Shown: positions 29,963-38,677 of the stretch, one piece after another | Layout of the letters: each line of letters begins with the position of its first letter | Numbering within the stretch: position 1 is the stretch's first letter | NCBI GenBank assembly: GCA_021776735.1 | Contig: JAJFFH010000042.1 | Coordinates: 8,767 to 72,766 of the forward strand | Direction of reading: 5' to 3' | Source of the DNA: Planctomycetota bacterium | GTDB lineage: Bacteria; Planctomycetota; PLA2 | DNA length: 64,000 nucleotides | Position numbers and translations under genes: made by a program | Notes under the pieces: generated by a model | The model's database searches: none | What the model was told of the DNA's origin: nothing | The model's input: the letters and a program-made list of their open reading frames with translations, nothing else

Positions 29963-30487
29963 ATGCGAGCGATGTCGATCGCCATTCGGAAACTCACGCC
30001 GGCCGATGCCGCGGCGTATCACGCCCTCCGCTTGCGGGCCCTGGAAGAACACCCGGAGTCGTTCCTCATTACGCCAGACGAAGAGGCCGACGTCGATGCG
30101 CAGCGGGAGCGGCTGGCGAAGACGGAGGGGCGCGAAGACGATGTGATCTTCGGGGCGTTCGACGACGCATTCCTGGTCGGCATGTCGGCCACATTCCGCC
30201 AGACCCCGAACCGAATCCGGGGTCGCCATAGAGCGATGATCTGGGGAGTCTATGTCGCTCCAGAGGTCCGGGGCCAAGGGGTCGGGCGGCGTCTGACCGG
30301 GGCCGCGATCGACGTCGCGCGCAACGCCGAGGGCATCGAGCTGATCCACATCGGCGTTGCGGTGGAGAGTGTGCCGGCGCGCGCGCTCTACGCGAGCCTC
30401 GGGTTCGAGACGTGGGGCGTCGAAAGGAACTCGGCTCGGCTGGACGGTCGCTACATTGACACCGAGATGATGGTGCTGTTTCTCTAG
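29963..30487 (+). CDS. GNAT family N-acetyltransferase
   Basis: VAPEVRGQGVGRRL motif. Confidence 0.8.
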   Translation: MRAMSIAIRKLTPADAAAYHALRLRALEEHPESFLITPDEEADVDAQRERLAKTEGREDDVIFGAFDDAFLVGMSATFRQTPNRIRGRHRAMIWGVYVAPEVRGQGVGRRLTGAAIDVARNAEGIELIHIGVAVESVPARALYASLGFETWGVERNSARLDGRYIDTEMMVLFL

Positions 30488-30670
30488 CCCCGGGCCGGCC
30501 GGTACGCGCATTGTGATTCCGTTCGTCGAGGAAGAGAACATCCTGCGCGAAATCGGCAAGCGCAACAAGCGGCTCCGCATCCAGATCCACTGCGTCGCCC
30601 TGGGCTACGGTTCGTCCCTGCTCGAAAAACTCGCGGAACAGTCGGGCGGCACATACGTCGTGCGCCAGTG
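30471..30670 (+). pseudogene. C-terminal remnant of a von Willebrand factor A (vWA) domain gene
   Basis: Open frame with no plausible upstream start: ...RIVIPFVEEENILREIGKRNKRLRIQIHCVALGYGSSLLEKLAEQSGGTYVV*, typical of a vWA C-terminus. Confidence 0.45.
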
Positions 30671-30711
30671 ACCGGTCCCCCTTCCGTTCGCGGTCGTGCT
30701 AACGTGCGCGC

Positions 30712-31500
30712 GTGAGTCAGGACTCGGAGCACGGCGACCGCACCGGCGCGTCGTACTGGAACCGCCACTGGAAGGCCAGCCGCGGACTGCACAAGGCCCC
30801 GCACACCTCGCGCGCATTCCGTCGCTTCCTCACCGAGGTCCTCGACGCCGCAGGCCCGGGTGCGCACGACGTGCTCGAACTCGGCTGCGCACCGGGCACG
30901 ATGATCGGCCTCATGCATGCGCTGCGCCCCAACCACCGCTACGCCGGGCTGGACTACGACGCGGAACATCTCGCCGCCGCCGGGAAACACCTCGAGAGCG
31001 TCGGCATCTCGTGCGACCTCGTCCACGGCGACCTCCGCCAGGTCGAACCGCAACGGCGCTACGACATCGTGGTCTCGTTCGGACTCGTCGAACATTTCGA
31101 CGACCCCGCGTCGATCCTGCGCCATCACGCGCGGCTCGCCGAGCCCGGCGGCCTCGTCGCGGTCACGATCCCGAACTACACCTCGGCGCTCAACCGCTTC
31201 TTCATCCAGCGCATGGACCCAAAAGCACTCGAAGCGCACAACCTCGCGATCATGAGCGTGGACGCGCTGCACAATGCCGCCACGGCCGGCGGCCTCGCCG
31301 AACCGACGGCCGGCGGCTTCGGCCCCTGCAAGATTCGCAGCCGCTACGAAGGCCGCACGGTCAAGAACCGCGCCATGCGCTTGGCCGCCGTCGCGTGGAA
31401 CGGGGTCACGGCGGTGGTTCCCGGCCGCATCACCTGGCACGGCACGCTGTGGGCCCGCGGACGCGCGCCGGCCGAAGACGTCGTCCCCGGTCCGAGCTAA
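30712..31500 (+). CDS. class I SAM-dependent methyltransferase
   Basis: VLELGCAPGT motif I; GTG start. Confidence 0.8.
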   Translation: MSQDSEHGDRTGASYWNRHWKASRGLHKAPHTSRAFRRFLTEVLDAAGPGAHDVLELGCAPGTMIGLMHALRPNHRYAGLDYDAEHLAAAGKHLESVGISCDLVHGDLRQVEPQRRYDIVVSFGLVEHFDDPASILRHHARLAEPGGLVAVTIPNYTSALNRFFIQRMDPKALEAHNLAIMSVDALHNAATAGGLAEPTAGGFGPCKIRSRYEGRTVKNRAMRLAAVAWNGVTAVVPGRITWHGTLWARGRAPAEDVVPGPS

Positions 31501-31626
31501 GAACAGCACACGGACGGCGATATGGGCGTCGTACGCCCGGCCGCCTCCTGCCCGAAATGGGATGTGGGACTCCGTGCCGAGCCGACCGATCTGCCGAGGA
31601 AAGCGCACTCTGCGAGGAAAAACAAC

Positions 31627-32046
31627 ATGCGACCCACCCCCACTCTCGCGATCCTGCTCGCCTGTCTCGCGGGATGCCAGACCTTCGTCCCCGACGAAGA
31701 GAACACGGACAAGAAGACCGCCGCCGTTCCGACACAGGAAGAAATGATCGGGATGTGGCACGGCACATCGTCGCGCAGGGCGGACTGCCTGCTGACGCTT
31801 GACCCGGGCGGCACGGGCACCATCGCCCATGGCGGACCCTTCGCCGACATCACTCTTTGGCGGATCGAATCGAGCGGCACGCTCTCGATTCAGACGAACG
31901 AACCACTCGGTCCCCGTGTTCGTCGTTTCGACGCGACCGCCCGCGGCGAGATCATCGTGCTGCGCTATCTCGCGGCGGATGGTGCGGAGGTCGATCGGGC
32001 CGCCCTACGAAGATTCGCGCCAAAACAACCACGGACGAAGCCATGA
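31627..32046 (+). CDS. lipoprotein
   Basis: AGGAAA RBS; MRPTPTLAILLACLAGCQ lipobox. Confidence 0.7.
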   Translation: MRPTPTLAILLACLAGCQTFVPDEENTDKKTAAVPTQEEMIGMWHGTSSRRADCLLTLDPGGTGTIAHGGPFADITLWRIESSGTLSIQTNEPLGPRVRRFDATARGEIIVLRYLAADGAEVDRAALRRFAPKQPRTKP

Positions 32047-33176
32047 ACGTGCGGATACGACTTCTTCTCTTCGGAACCGGCGTGATTTCGCTCACCGCAT
32101 GTGGCCCGCGCTCACGCGAGGAAACGACAACCACCGCCGTCGCGAAAGCGCACACGGTCCGAATATCCTTCGAGAACGCGGGGCAGGACAAGGACTCCGT
32201 GCGCAGCCGCTACGTGCAACTCGCGGACCACACCGTCCACGGCAAGGAACCGGTCAAGAACTCTTGGGACATGGAATGGAGCTCGCTCCCCGACTCGGGA
32301 ATCCTCATCGAAGGAAACGGCGAACAAAACATCCTGTATCTCGGCACCGGTACAGAGGAGAGCTTCCGCCAGATCACCCTGTCAGCGAAGTGGTGGGTTC
32401 TTCGAAACCTCGAACGCGCTGCCGCCCATGAGGGCGTTGATCTATCGCAGTGCCGATGGCCGTGGAGTACACGGGTTCTGCCGCATGCCGAGACCGGGAT
32501 GATGTTCGCAACGCGACACGAGAGCGGTATCGGCGCCGGTGCCTTGGTGTTTGTCCGCACGGTCGTTCCGAAGCGCACCGTGACGATGCTCATCGCGGAC
32601 GCTCCAAGGAAGCTCACGCTGTCCGATCACAGGAGCGAACCGGGCCCGTCGATGCATTCCAAAGTGCATGTAGTGCCCGTGTTCTTCGACGAGCGGCACG
32701 GATCAGGCGATCGTTGTCTAAACGTCGCCGATCACACGGTACGCTCCCCGGATCAGCTCAAGGCAGCCCTCCCAAGCAAGCGTGTGTGTGACCTGGCGCT
32801 CGGCTTGATCGATGCCGCAAGGGCCAGAATCTCCGGGGACGGAACGCGCAACGTCATGCTCGTTGGCGAGGCCACGGAGCAAGGTTTCCGCAACATTGTC
32901 GCGTCTCCGAAATGGTGGGTTCTCAAGAATCTCGGGTCGGCGGCGACGCGCGAGGGCGTCGATCGTTCGAAGGGTCGGTCCTATTGGAGTCCGGGCGTTG
33001 CTCCGGAAGCACGCGCCGGAATGCTGATCGCCACGCGCCACAAGAGCGGCGTCGGCGCGAGCGGACTCGTGTTTGTCCAACGAGTCGGCCCAAAAAACAC
33101 GATGGCCCTTCTGGTGGCAAGCGCGCCGGCGGCCCTAGACAACCCCGATCACCGAGCCTCCAACAACGCGAAGTAG
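32043..33176 (+). CDS. lipoprotein with internal tandem domain duplication
   Basis: ATGA overlap with the preceding gene; LTAC lipobox; two ~110-aa repeats (..KWWVLRNLERAAAHEGVD.. and ..KWWVLKNLGSAATREGVD..). Confidence 0.7.
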   Translation: MNVRIRLLLFGTGVISLTACGPRSREETTTTAVAKAHTVRISFENAGQDKDSVRSRYVQLADHTVHGKEPVKNSWDMEWSSLPDSGILIEGNGEQNILYLGTGTEESFRQITLSAKWWVLRNLERAAAHEGVDLSQCRWPWSTRVLPHAETGMMFATRHESGIGAGALVFVRTVVPKRTVTMLIADAPRKLTLSDHRSEPGPSMHSKVHVVPVFFDERHGSGDRCLNVADHTVRSPDQLKAALPSKRVCDLALGLIDAARARISGDGTRNVMLVGEATEQGFRNIVASPKWWVLKNLGSAATREGVDRSKGRSYWSPGVAPEARAGMLIATRHKSGVGASGLVFVQRVGPKNTMALLVASAPAALDNPDHRASNNAK

Positions 33177-33373
33177 CGCATGGGCGGCGACCCATGAGTT
33201 ACCGGGCCATCCCGCCGGTCGGGGCGGGCCGCCAACCGGCTGAACGGCGCCAACCCCCGCCTTGCCGATCTCCGCGTTCGATGTACGCGCGCGCCAAAGG
33301 CGCCCGCATCACGGACCATCGCCCCCCGGACAGCACCGGTCGATACAATGACGCGAGAGGACAGGAGTTGCCC

Positions 33374-34309
33374 ATGACCGTCGAAGCGTTCAAGTCCGAG
33401 TTGGTCGATCAGGCTCTGAGCAGGGTGGCGCTGATCCATCACCAACACAGCATCAAGTGCTGTTTGGCGATCCACAGGCTGCTCGACCGGTTTCCCCACT
33501 GGGGACTGGAAGTCGGCGGACAACTCGCCGAGATCATGGACGAGGAACCGCGAGTTCCGGCGCTCGGAGATTTGCTCTCCTATGACATGGACTTCGGCGG
33601 GGACGCCACGGCCGTTGTAGAGAAAGGCCTGTTTCCGGCGGCGTATGTTGCCATGCGCCATCGCGTGGACCAGTCGTCGCTGGACGAGGTGCTCGCCGAG
33701 TATCTCGACATCGCCGTGAACAACCCGGAATACCTCGGCCACAACGTGTCGATCATGTGCGCGTTCATCGGCATGAGGCCGTTGATCGAGGGAAGCGACG
33801 AGCGACGAGGCCTGTTTCTCGATCGCCTCGCGGAGCTTGCGACGGCCGCGTTCCACAACACGCAAAACCGAATCGTCTTCGAACCACGGCCCGCCGGGCT
33901 CGCGGAAGAACTCTCGGAGCTGGAAGTGCTGCGATCAGGATTCCGGCAACCGGGCTACTTTGGGCACCAGCTGCTCACATTTGTCTGGTCACGGCGATAT
34001 CGTGATCAGCTTGGCAGCGCGGGCTATCGAGGTGCACTGCGCAGCATCTGGGAGACTTCCCACTGGGAGATCCCGGAGAAAAACAAGTTCTCGATCGAGC
34101 CGACGACCCGGCCTTTGGATGATCGTGCGTTCGAGAACGCAGTCAAAGGCCTGGCGTTGACCGGTCCGCGCAACATCCATCGAGTGACTCTGGCCGAAGC
34201 GCTTGTGGATCTCTGGGATCAAGAACAGGACGAGACAATCCGCGCACAGGTGTACGCGGCCGCGCTGCGATTCACGAAGTCCGCACGTCCGGTCACGGCA
34301 TCCGCTTAG
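33374..34309 (+). CDS. conserved hypothetical protein, paralog A (HSIKCCLAIHRLLDRFP family)
   Basis: AGGAG RBS; ~70% identical to the 59789..60721 product. Confidence 0.7.
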   Translation: MTVEAFKSELVDQALSRVALIHHQHSIKCCLAIHRLLDRFPHWGLEVGGQLAEIMDEEPRVPALGDLLSYDMDFGGDATAVVEKGLFPAAYVAMRHRVDQSSLDEVLAEYLDIAVNNPEYLGHNVSIMCAFIGMRPLIEGSDERRGLFLDRLAELATAAFHNTQNRIVFEPRPAGLAEELSELEVLRSGFRQPGYFGHQLLTFVWSRRYRDQLGSAGYRGALRSIWETSHWEIPEKNKFSIEPTTRPLDDRAFENAVKGLALTGPRNIHRVTLAEALVDLWDQEQDETIRAQVYAAALRFTKSARPVTASA

Positions 34310-34332
34310 CAGGCCCGGCGTGAAGCCAATCC

Positions 34333-34560
34333 ATGAGAGTCGTCAGCATAAACATCGGACAACGGGGAAGTCGTGCGGGGGCCCAAATTCGAAACGGAAA
34401 GCGGGATCAACAAGCCCCCCGTATCCGCACGGGTTGCCGTCGGGAAACTGGGGCTGGAATCGGACGAGATCGTCCACACCGAACACCATGGCGGCGAGGA
34501 TCAGGCGGTCTACATCTATCGATCCGCACACGCTCATGTACGGCAACGGCCTCGGGCATC
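34333..34560 (+). pseudogene. frameshifted N-terminal fragment of a MOSC-domain gene
   Basis: MRVVSINIGQRGS then, in the +1 frame, FETESGINKPPVSARVAVGKLGLESDEIVHTEHHGGEDQAVYIYR; parallels the N-terminus of the intact MOSC gene at 36232. Confidence 0.55.
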
Positions 34561-34889
34561 ACCTCGTGTGGAACGGGAGGCGCGCTGGGGCTCAAAGGAA
34601 CTCCGGGAGACCCATCGAAAGAACACGTCCTTTACGGTGTGCCGCCTCTACCTCGGACGCGTTCTCGTCGCGGAAGGACCCGCCGACGAGCGCTACGGAG
34701 CGTTCAGGTGCTATCCGGGCTTCCGCCCAGCTATCGCGAGGGACGGGGAGACATCGGTTGGGCCTTGCCATCGCGGGCCAGGTGAGCAAGGCCCGGGAGA
34801 AGCTCGCGGACCTCGAACAGCGTGCGGCCTCCCGCGGGAGAACGTTCGCCCCCGGTGTTCTCGCCGTCCGTCCGAAAAGGCACGCGGCA

Positions 34890-35981
34890 CTACTCGAAAT
34901 CCGTCGGTTTGAGCCAGGCCTTGAACCGCCAGCGGTTGCCGCTCGACCAGTGCAGGCCCTTGTCGTCCCAGTAGATCGTAAAGCGCTTCTTCGACTCCAG
35001 GTCATGGACCGACAGCGTGTTGGCCAGGATCGGCAGGAAGAAGAGCCGACCGGAATAGCGAATGCGACCGACGGCGCGGGTCCGGCCCTTCGTGCGCAAC
35101 GGTGCAGCCATGATCTTCTTCATGGCGCTCCTCGCGCCGGCGAGCCAGTACACGACACCGTGACGCGCGACGATGTACGAGCGGTCGGGAACCAGATCGC
35201 CCTCGTCCTCCTTGCGAACGGCGACGACGCGCCGGGCGCCGACGACGTAGCGGCCGTCGAACGCTTGAACGGTTTCGGGGCCCGGAGGCGTCGCGTACGG
35301 CTTCCACCCGCCCGGCGTCAAGGAGTAGACGCCCTGCGGCGTCGCGATTTTGTCGCCGTGCCGGACCACGTCGATGCTGAAGGTCTCGCGCGATCGGGGA
35401 TAGGAACACATCTTGCGCGCCTTCTTCATGTCCGCGCCGCGAGCGCCCCAGGGGACCCAGTACAGCGTGGTGGTCTTCCCCCCCTTCTTCCACCTGTGCG
35501 GATGATAGGCGACCATCCCGTCCGGGTACAACGCAACCACGCCGGCCCGGGTCTTGTTCACGACACATGTCTCGAAGTGCCTGAGGCCGCTCGCCCGGAC
35601 GAACGCCAGCTTGTGCTGGAGGGAATCGAGGAACACGAGGACGCCGTCGTCGCGCACCGTGACGGGCTTCATGGTGATGATGGCCGCGTCCTTGGGATCG
35701 CCGGACATCGACAGCTGCTGAACCGGAACCACGCGCACGTCCTTGGGCCGGCCCGTTCTCTGCAGAACGTAGACGTCCCGGAACTTTTCCATGACCTCGG
35801 CGGCCTTCGAGCGGGGGAACCTCGGTCCGCCGCCCCCTTCGAGGGACGCACCCTTGTCGTCGGGCTTCCAGAGCAACCACTTCGACGTGGCGTGGACGAG
35901 CCGGGCCTCTCCCGGCTTGTACGTGTGTTCCTGCGCGAGGGTCAACGTCGAGAGCAGGGCTACGAGAGCGAGGCGCGACAT
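34890..35981 (-). CDS. secreted hypothetical protein
   Basis: Signal peptide MSRLALVALLSTLTLA; balanced composition; overlapping R-rich ORFs are artefacts. Confidence 0.65.
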   Translation of the reverse strand: MSRLALVALLSTLTLAQEHTYKPGEARLVHATSKWLLWKPDDKGASLEGGGGPRFPRSKAAEVMEKFRDVYVLQRTGRPKDVRVVPVQQLSMSGDPKDAAIITMKPVTVRDDGVLVFLDSLQHKLAFVRASGLRHFETCVVNKTRAGVVALYPDGMVAYHPHRWKKGGKTTTLYWVPWGARGADMKKARKMCSYPRSRETFSIDVVRHGDKIATPQGVYSLTPGGWKPYATPPGPETVQAFDGRYVVGARRVVAVRKEDEGDLVPDRSYIVARHGVVYWLAGARSAMKKIMAAPLRTKGRTRAVGRIRYSGRLFFLPILANTLSVHDLESKKRFTIYWDDKGLHWSSGNRWRFKAWLKPTDFE

Positions 35982-36231
35982 ACGGCCACACTAACCGATG
36001 GAGCCTTCGCCGGAACCTGCTTCTTCGGCGCACCTCCCGAACCAGGAAACCGGAACACGGGAAACGAGGTGCGCATGCAGGATCGAATGATCGGACGCAG
36101 GGCGCTGGACGCGCGCTCGAAGCGCATCTCGCGGGACCGCACGTACTCGTCGGTGGCAACGGCACCTGACCGCGGGGTCGGCGCGAAGCAAAAACCGAGA
36201 TCGCAAACGGACGGCTGTAGCATCGACGGCG

Positions 36232-36885
36232 ATGAAAGTCGTCAGCGTCAACGTAGGCCGTTGTGAAACCGTCACCGGCCCCGGCTTCGAGGCGGAAAGC
36301 GGAATCGTCAAGCGCTCCGTGCCCGGGCCTGTAGCGGTCGGCAGCCTCGGTCTTGAATCGGACGAAATCGTCCATTTGGAGCACCACGGCGGACCGGATC
36401 AGGCCGTCTACGTCTACCGCACGGAGGATTACGACTGGTGGTCAACCGAACTCGGGCGAACGCTCGACCCCGGCCTGTTCGGCGAGAACCTCACGCTGTC
36501 CGGACTCCCCGGCGCGGACCCGGTGATCGGCACCCGGATCAGGTTCGCAAACCTGGAACTCGAGGTGACGGCGCCGCGGATTCCATGCGCCACGTTTTCC
36601 GCCCGCATGAACGACCCCGACTTCATCAAGCGCTTCAAGGACGCCGCGCGGCTCGGTGCGTATTGCCGCGTGATCGCGCCCGGTCATGTGGAAGCGGGCG
36701 AATCGTTCACGTTCTCGGCGCCCGCCGATAGCGACACCGCGGTCTCGGTCGTCGATCTGTTCCGCGCGCACTATCGCGGACTCGACGCCGACGAAGTCCG
36801 TCGTTTCCTGGCCGCTCCCATCGACCACCGAACCCGCACGTGGCTGGAACACAAGCTGCGCGAGCTGCGAAAAAGCAACCAGTAG
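36232..36885 (+). CDS. MOSC domain-containing protein (YiiM-like)
   Basis: MKVVSVNVG...ESDEIVHLEHHGGPDQAVYVY...C-terminal MOSC beta-barrel. Confidence 0.8.
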   Translation: MKVVSVNVGRCETVTGPGFEAESGIVKRSVPGPVAVGSLGLESDEIVHLEHHGGPDQAVYVYRTEDYDWWSTELGRTLDPGLFGENLTLSGLPGADPVIGTRIRFANLELEVTAPRIPCATFSARMNDPDFIKRFKDAARLGAYCRVIAPGHVEAGESFTFSAPADSDTAVSVVDLFRAHYRGLDADEVRRFLAAPIDHRTRTWLEHKLRELRKSNQ

Positions 36886-36902
36886 CCGTCTCGTGCCGAG
36901 AC

Positions 36903-37340
36903 CTACGCGCTGAGGAAGTCCCGGAGCGCATCGCGCAACGCACCGTCGGCCTCGGGGTCGAACCGGCGCGCGGTCTTCCAGTCGTAGCCGACGAACGCCG
37001 GGTGGGCGCGGATCTTTGGCTCTTCCCATTCATAGCGGGCGGTGACGTGAGCGTGCAGCGCCTGTTCCGTGTTGCCGAGGATCTCGTAATTGATGCGGTA
37101 GGCGTCGGTGCAGGCCAGCAGTCCATCGCCCAGTCGCACCATGTCCCGCAGGTACTGTTCCCTTACCGCCCCCTCGAGGTCGTTGATGCCTGCCACGACC
37201 GGGTCCGGCAAGAGCAGCGTGTAGCCCGGCACGGGCTGCACGTCTCCCATGACCGCCCAACCCGACGGCATCCTGGTGATCACATACGGGTTCTCGCCTC
37301 GGCGCGCCGCCTCGACACGGTCATGGATCATCGTCCGCAT
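36903..37340 (-). CDS. HIT-like family protein
   Basis: Start at MRTMIHDRVEAARRGENPYVI; C-terminal ALHAHVTARYEW resembles a histidine-triad motif. Confidence 0.5.
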   Translation of the reverse strand: MRTMIHDRVEAARRGENPYVITRMPSGWAVMGDVQPVPGYTLLLPDPVVAGINDLEGAVREQYLRDMVRLGDGLLACTDAYRINYEILGNTEQALHAHVTARYEWEEPKIRAHPAFVGYDWKTARRFDPEADGALRDALRDFLSA

Positions 37341-37551
37341 CGGGCTAGGGTAGCAACCGCGGCGGGGAACACGCTCCACCTCCGCGGTCGCGATCGGCGG
37401 CTTCGCCGTCCGCGGATCCGCCGGGTTCCGAGCACCCGGCCATAGCTGGGGCATCTCCCGTCGTGGATGTGCTTGAGGCCAGCGCCATGAGCGCGATAGT
37501 GCCCCGTGTCGCATGGAAGCTCCCTTGTTCAGGGGAGCGATCCCGAGATGG

Positions 37552-38109
37552 ATGCAAGAACATCCGCTGGCGATACCTCAGGCCGAAGTGGTATCCTTGG
37601 CGTTCGTGGAGTCTCTCGCGCGAACGTGGTTCCGGCGGGTCTGGACCGAACTCGATGCAACGGCCATCGACGAACTGTTCGCCGAGGACGGCGAGGCCTA
37701 CGGCATCCACGGCGAGACCATCGAAGGACCGCGCGGATTCCGCGAGTTCCACACGTCGTTTTGCGCCGTCTTCTCCGACATCGCCATCGAGGTCGTCAAG
37801 GAGGTTGCGAACAGCGACGAGTCGGCCGCCCAGTGCCGGGCGACGATGGTTCACCGCATGACCGGCGCGCCGGTCGTGATGACCGGTACCGTCTTCTTCG
37901 CGTTTCGCGGCGAGCAAATCCACCGCGCCTGGAACCACTGGGATTTCCTCGGCCTCCTCGAGTCGATGCAGCTCATGCCAGCGCGCTCGTTCGAGCTCGC
38001 CGTCTCGGGGCGCCTCGCGGCGCACCCCGGCGAAGCCTCGACTGCGCACCCCGGCGAAGCCTCGACTGGGCACCCCGGCGAAACCTCGGCGGGCTTCGCC
38101 GAGGCCTGA
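37552..38109 (+). CDS. SnoaL-like (NTF2-fold) protein with C-terminal AHPGEAST tandem repeats
   Basis: NTF2-like core; three copies of the 8-aa repeat encoded by 24-nt tandem units at 38019-38090. Confidence 0.6.
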   Translation: MQEHPLAIPQAEVVSLAFVESLARTWFRRVWTELDATAIDELFAEDGEAYGIHGETIEGPRGFREFHTSFCAVFSDIAIEVVKEVANSDESAAQCRATMVHRMTGAPVVMTGTVFFAFRGEQIHRAWNHWDFLGLLESMQLMPARSFELAVSGRLAAHPGEASTAHPGEASTGHPGETSAGFAEA

Positions 38110-38126
38110 ACCCGCGGACCCGGTCT

Positions 38127-38606
38127 TCAGGAAACGAGCCGGTCCAGGATCGCCAAGTAGGCAGCCGCCAGTCCGCCCCCCAGCGCCGCAATCAGCACGA
38201 AGCAGGTCACGACCCACTTCTTGGTCGCAACCGCCGCCGTGACGACTCCGGCATCTACTCCGAGACCGGCCTTCGCCTCGCCCGCCAGCAGGACCACAAG
38301 GGCCGTCGGGCCGAGTCGCCGGCGCAGCTCCGCGAGCCCACGCCGAACGCGCGCCTTGGCGGCGGCCTCCGAGACACGCTGGGCCTCCGCAACCTCACGG
38401 AATGTGCGTCCGGTGAGATAGCGTGTTTCGCAAAGGGCGGAGAAGTCGATCCCACGATCGCCGGAGAGACCGCTTGGCAACTCGTGCTGGCGCCGGACCC
38501 GGTCCCAGAGCCCAGTACGCTGCTCCTGACGGGGCTCGCGGGCGCGGGCCTTTTGTGGCGCCTCCGCCGCAAGATGTAGCCGGACCCACCAACGGGCGAC
38601 AGCCAA
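38127..38606 (-). CDS. ECF sigma region-4 plus TM fragment (possible remnant or anti-sigma-like protein)
   Basis: ETRYLTGRTFREVAEAQRVSEAAAKARVRRGLAELRRRL (sigma4 HTH) followed by two hydrophobic helices; no sigma2 region. Confidence 0.4.
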   Translation of the reverse strand: MAVARWWVRLHLAAEAPQKARAREPRQEQRTGLWDRVRRQHELPSGLSGDRGIDFSALCETRYLTGRTFREVAEAQRVSEAAAKARVRRGLAELRRRLGPTALVVLLAGEAKAGLGVDAGVVTAAVATKKWVVTCFVLIAALGGGLAAAYLAILDRLVS

Positions 38607-38642
38607 GGACGGCTGTGTCTTTGCCGCTACGGTCGGGGTTTC

Positions 38643-38677
38643 TTGACGTACTTACGTCGTAAGCCTACGGTGTAAGC
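38643..38677 (+). promoter_or_regulatory. sigma70-like promoter with embedded 13-bp palindrome (candidate TetR operator); likely leaderless transcript
   Basis: TTGACG at 38643-38648, 17-nt spacer, TACGGT at 38666-38671, ATG at 38678; palindrome CTTACGTCGTAAG at 38651-38663. Confidence 0.45.

Noticed and set aside
34203-36266. 687-aa plus-strand ORF and 35002..36387 461-aa minus ORF
   Set aside because: Overlap the real secreted-protein gene 34890..35981 out of frame or in antisense; R/G-rich.
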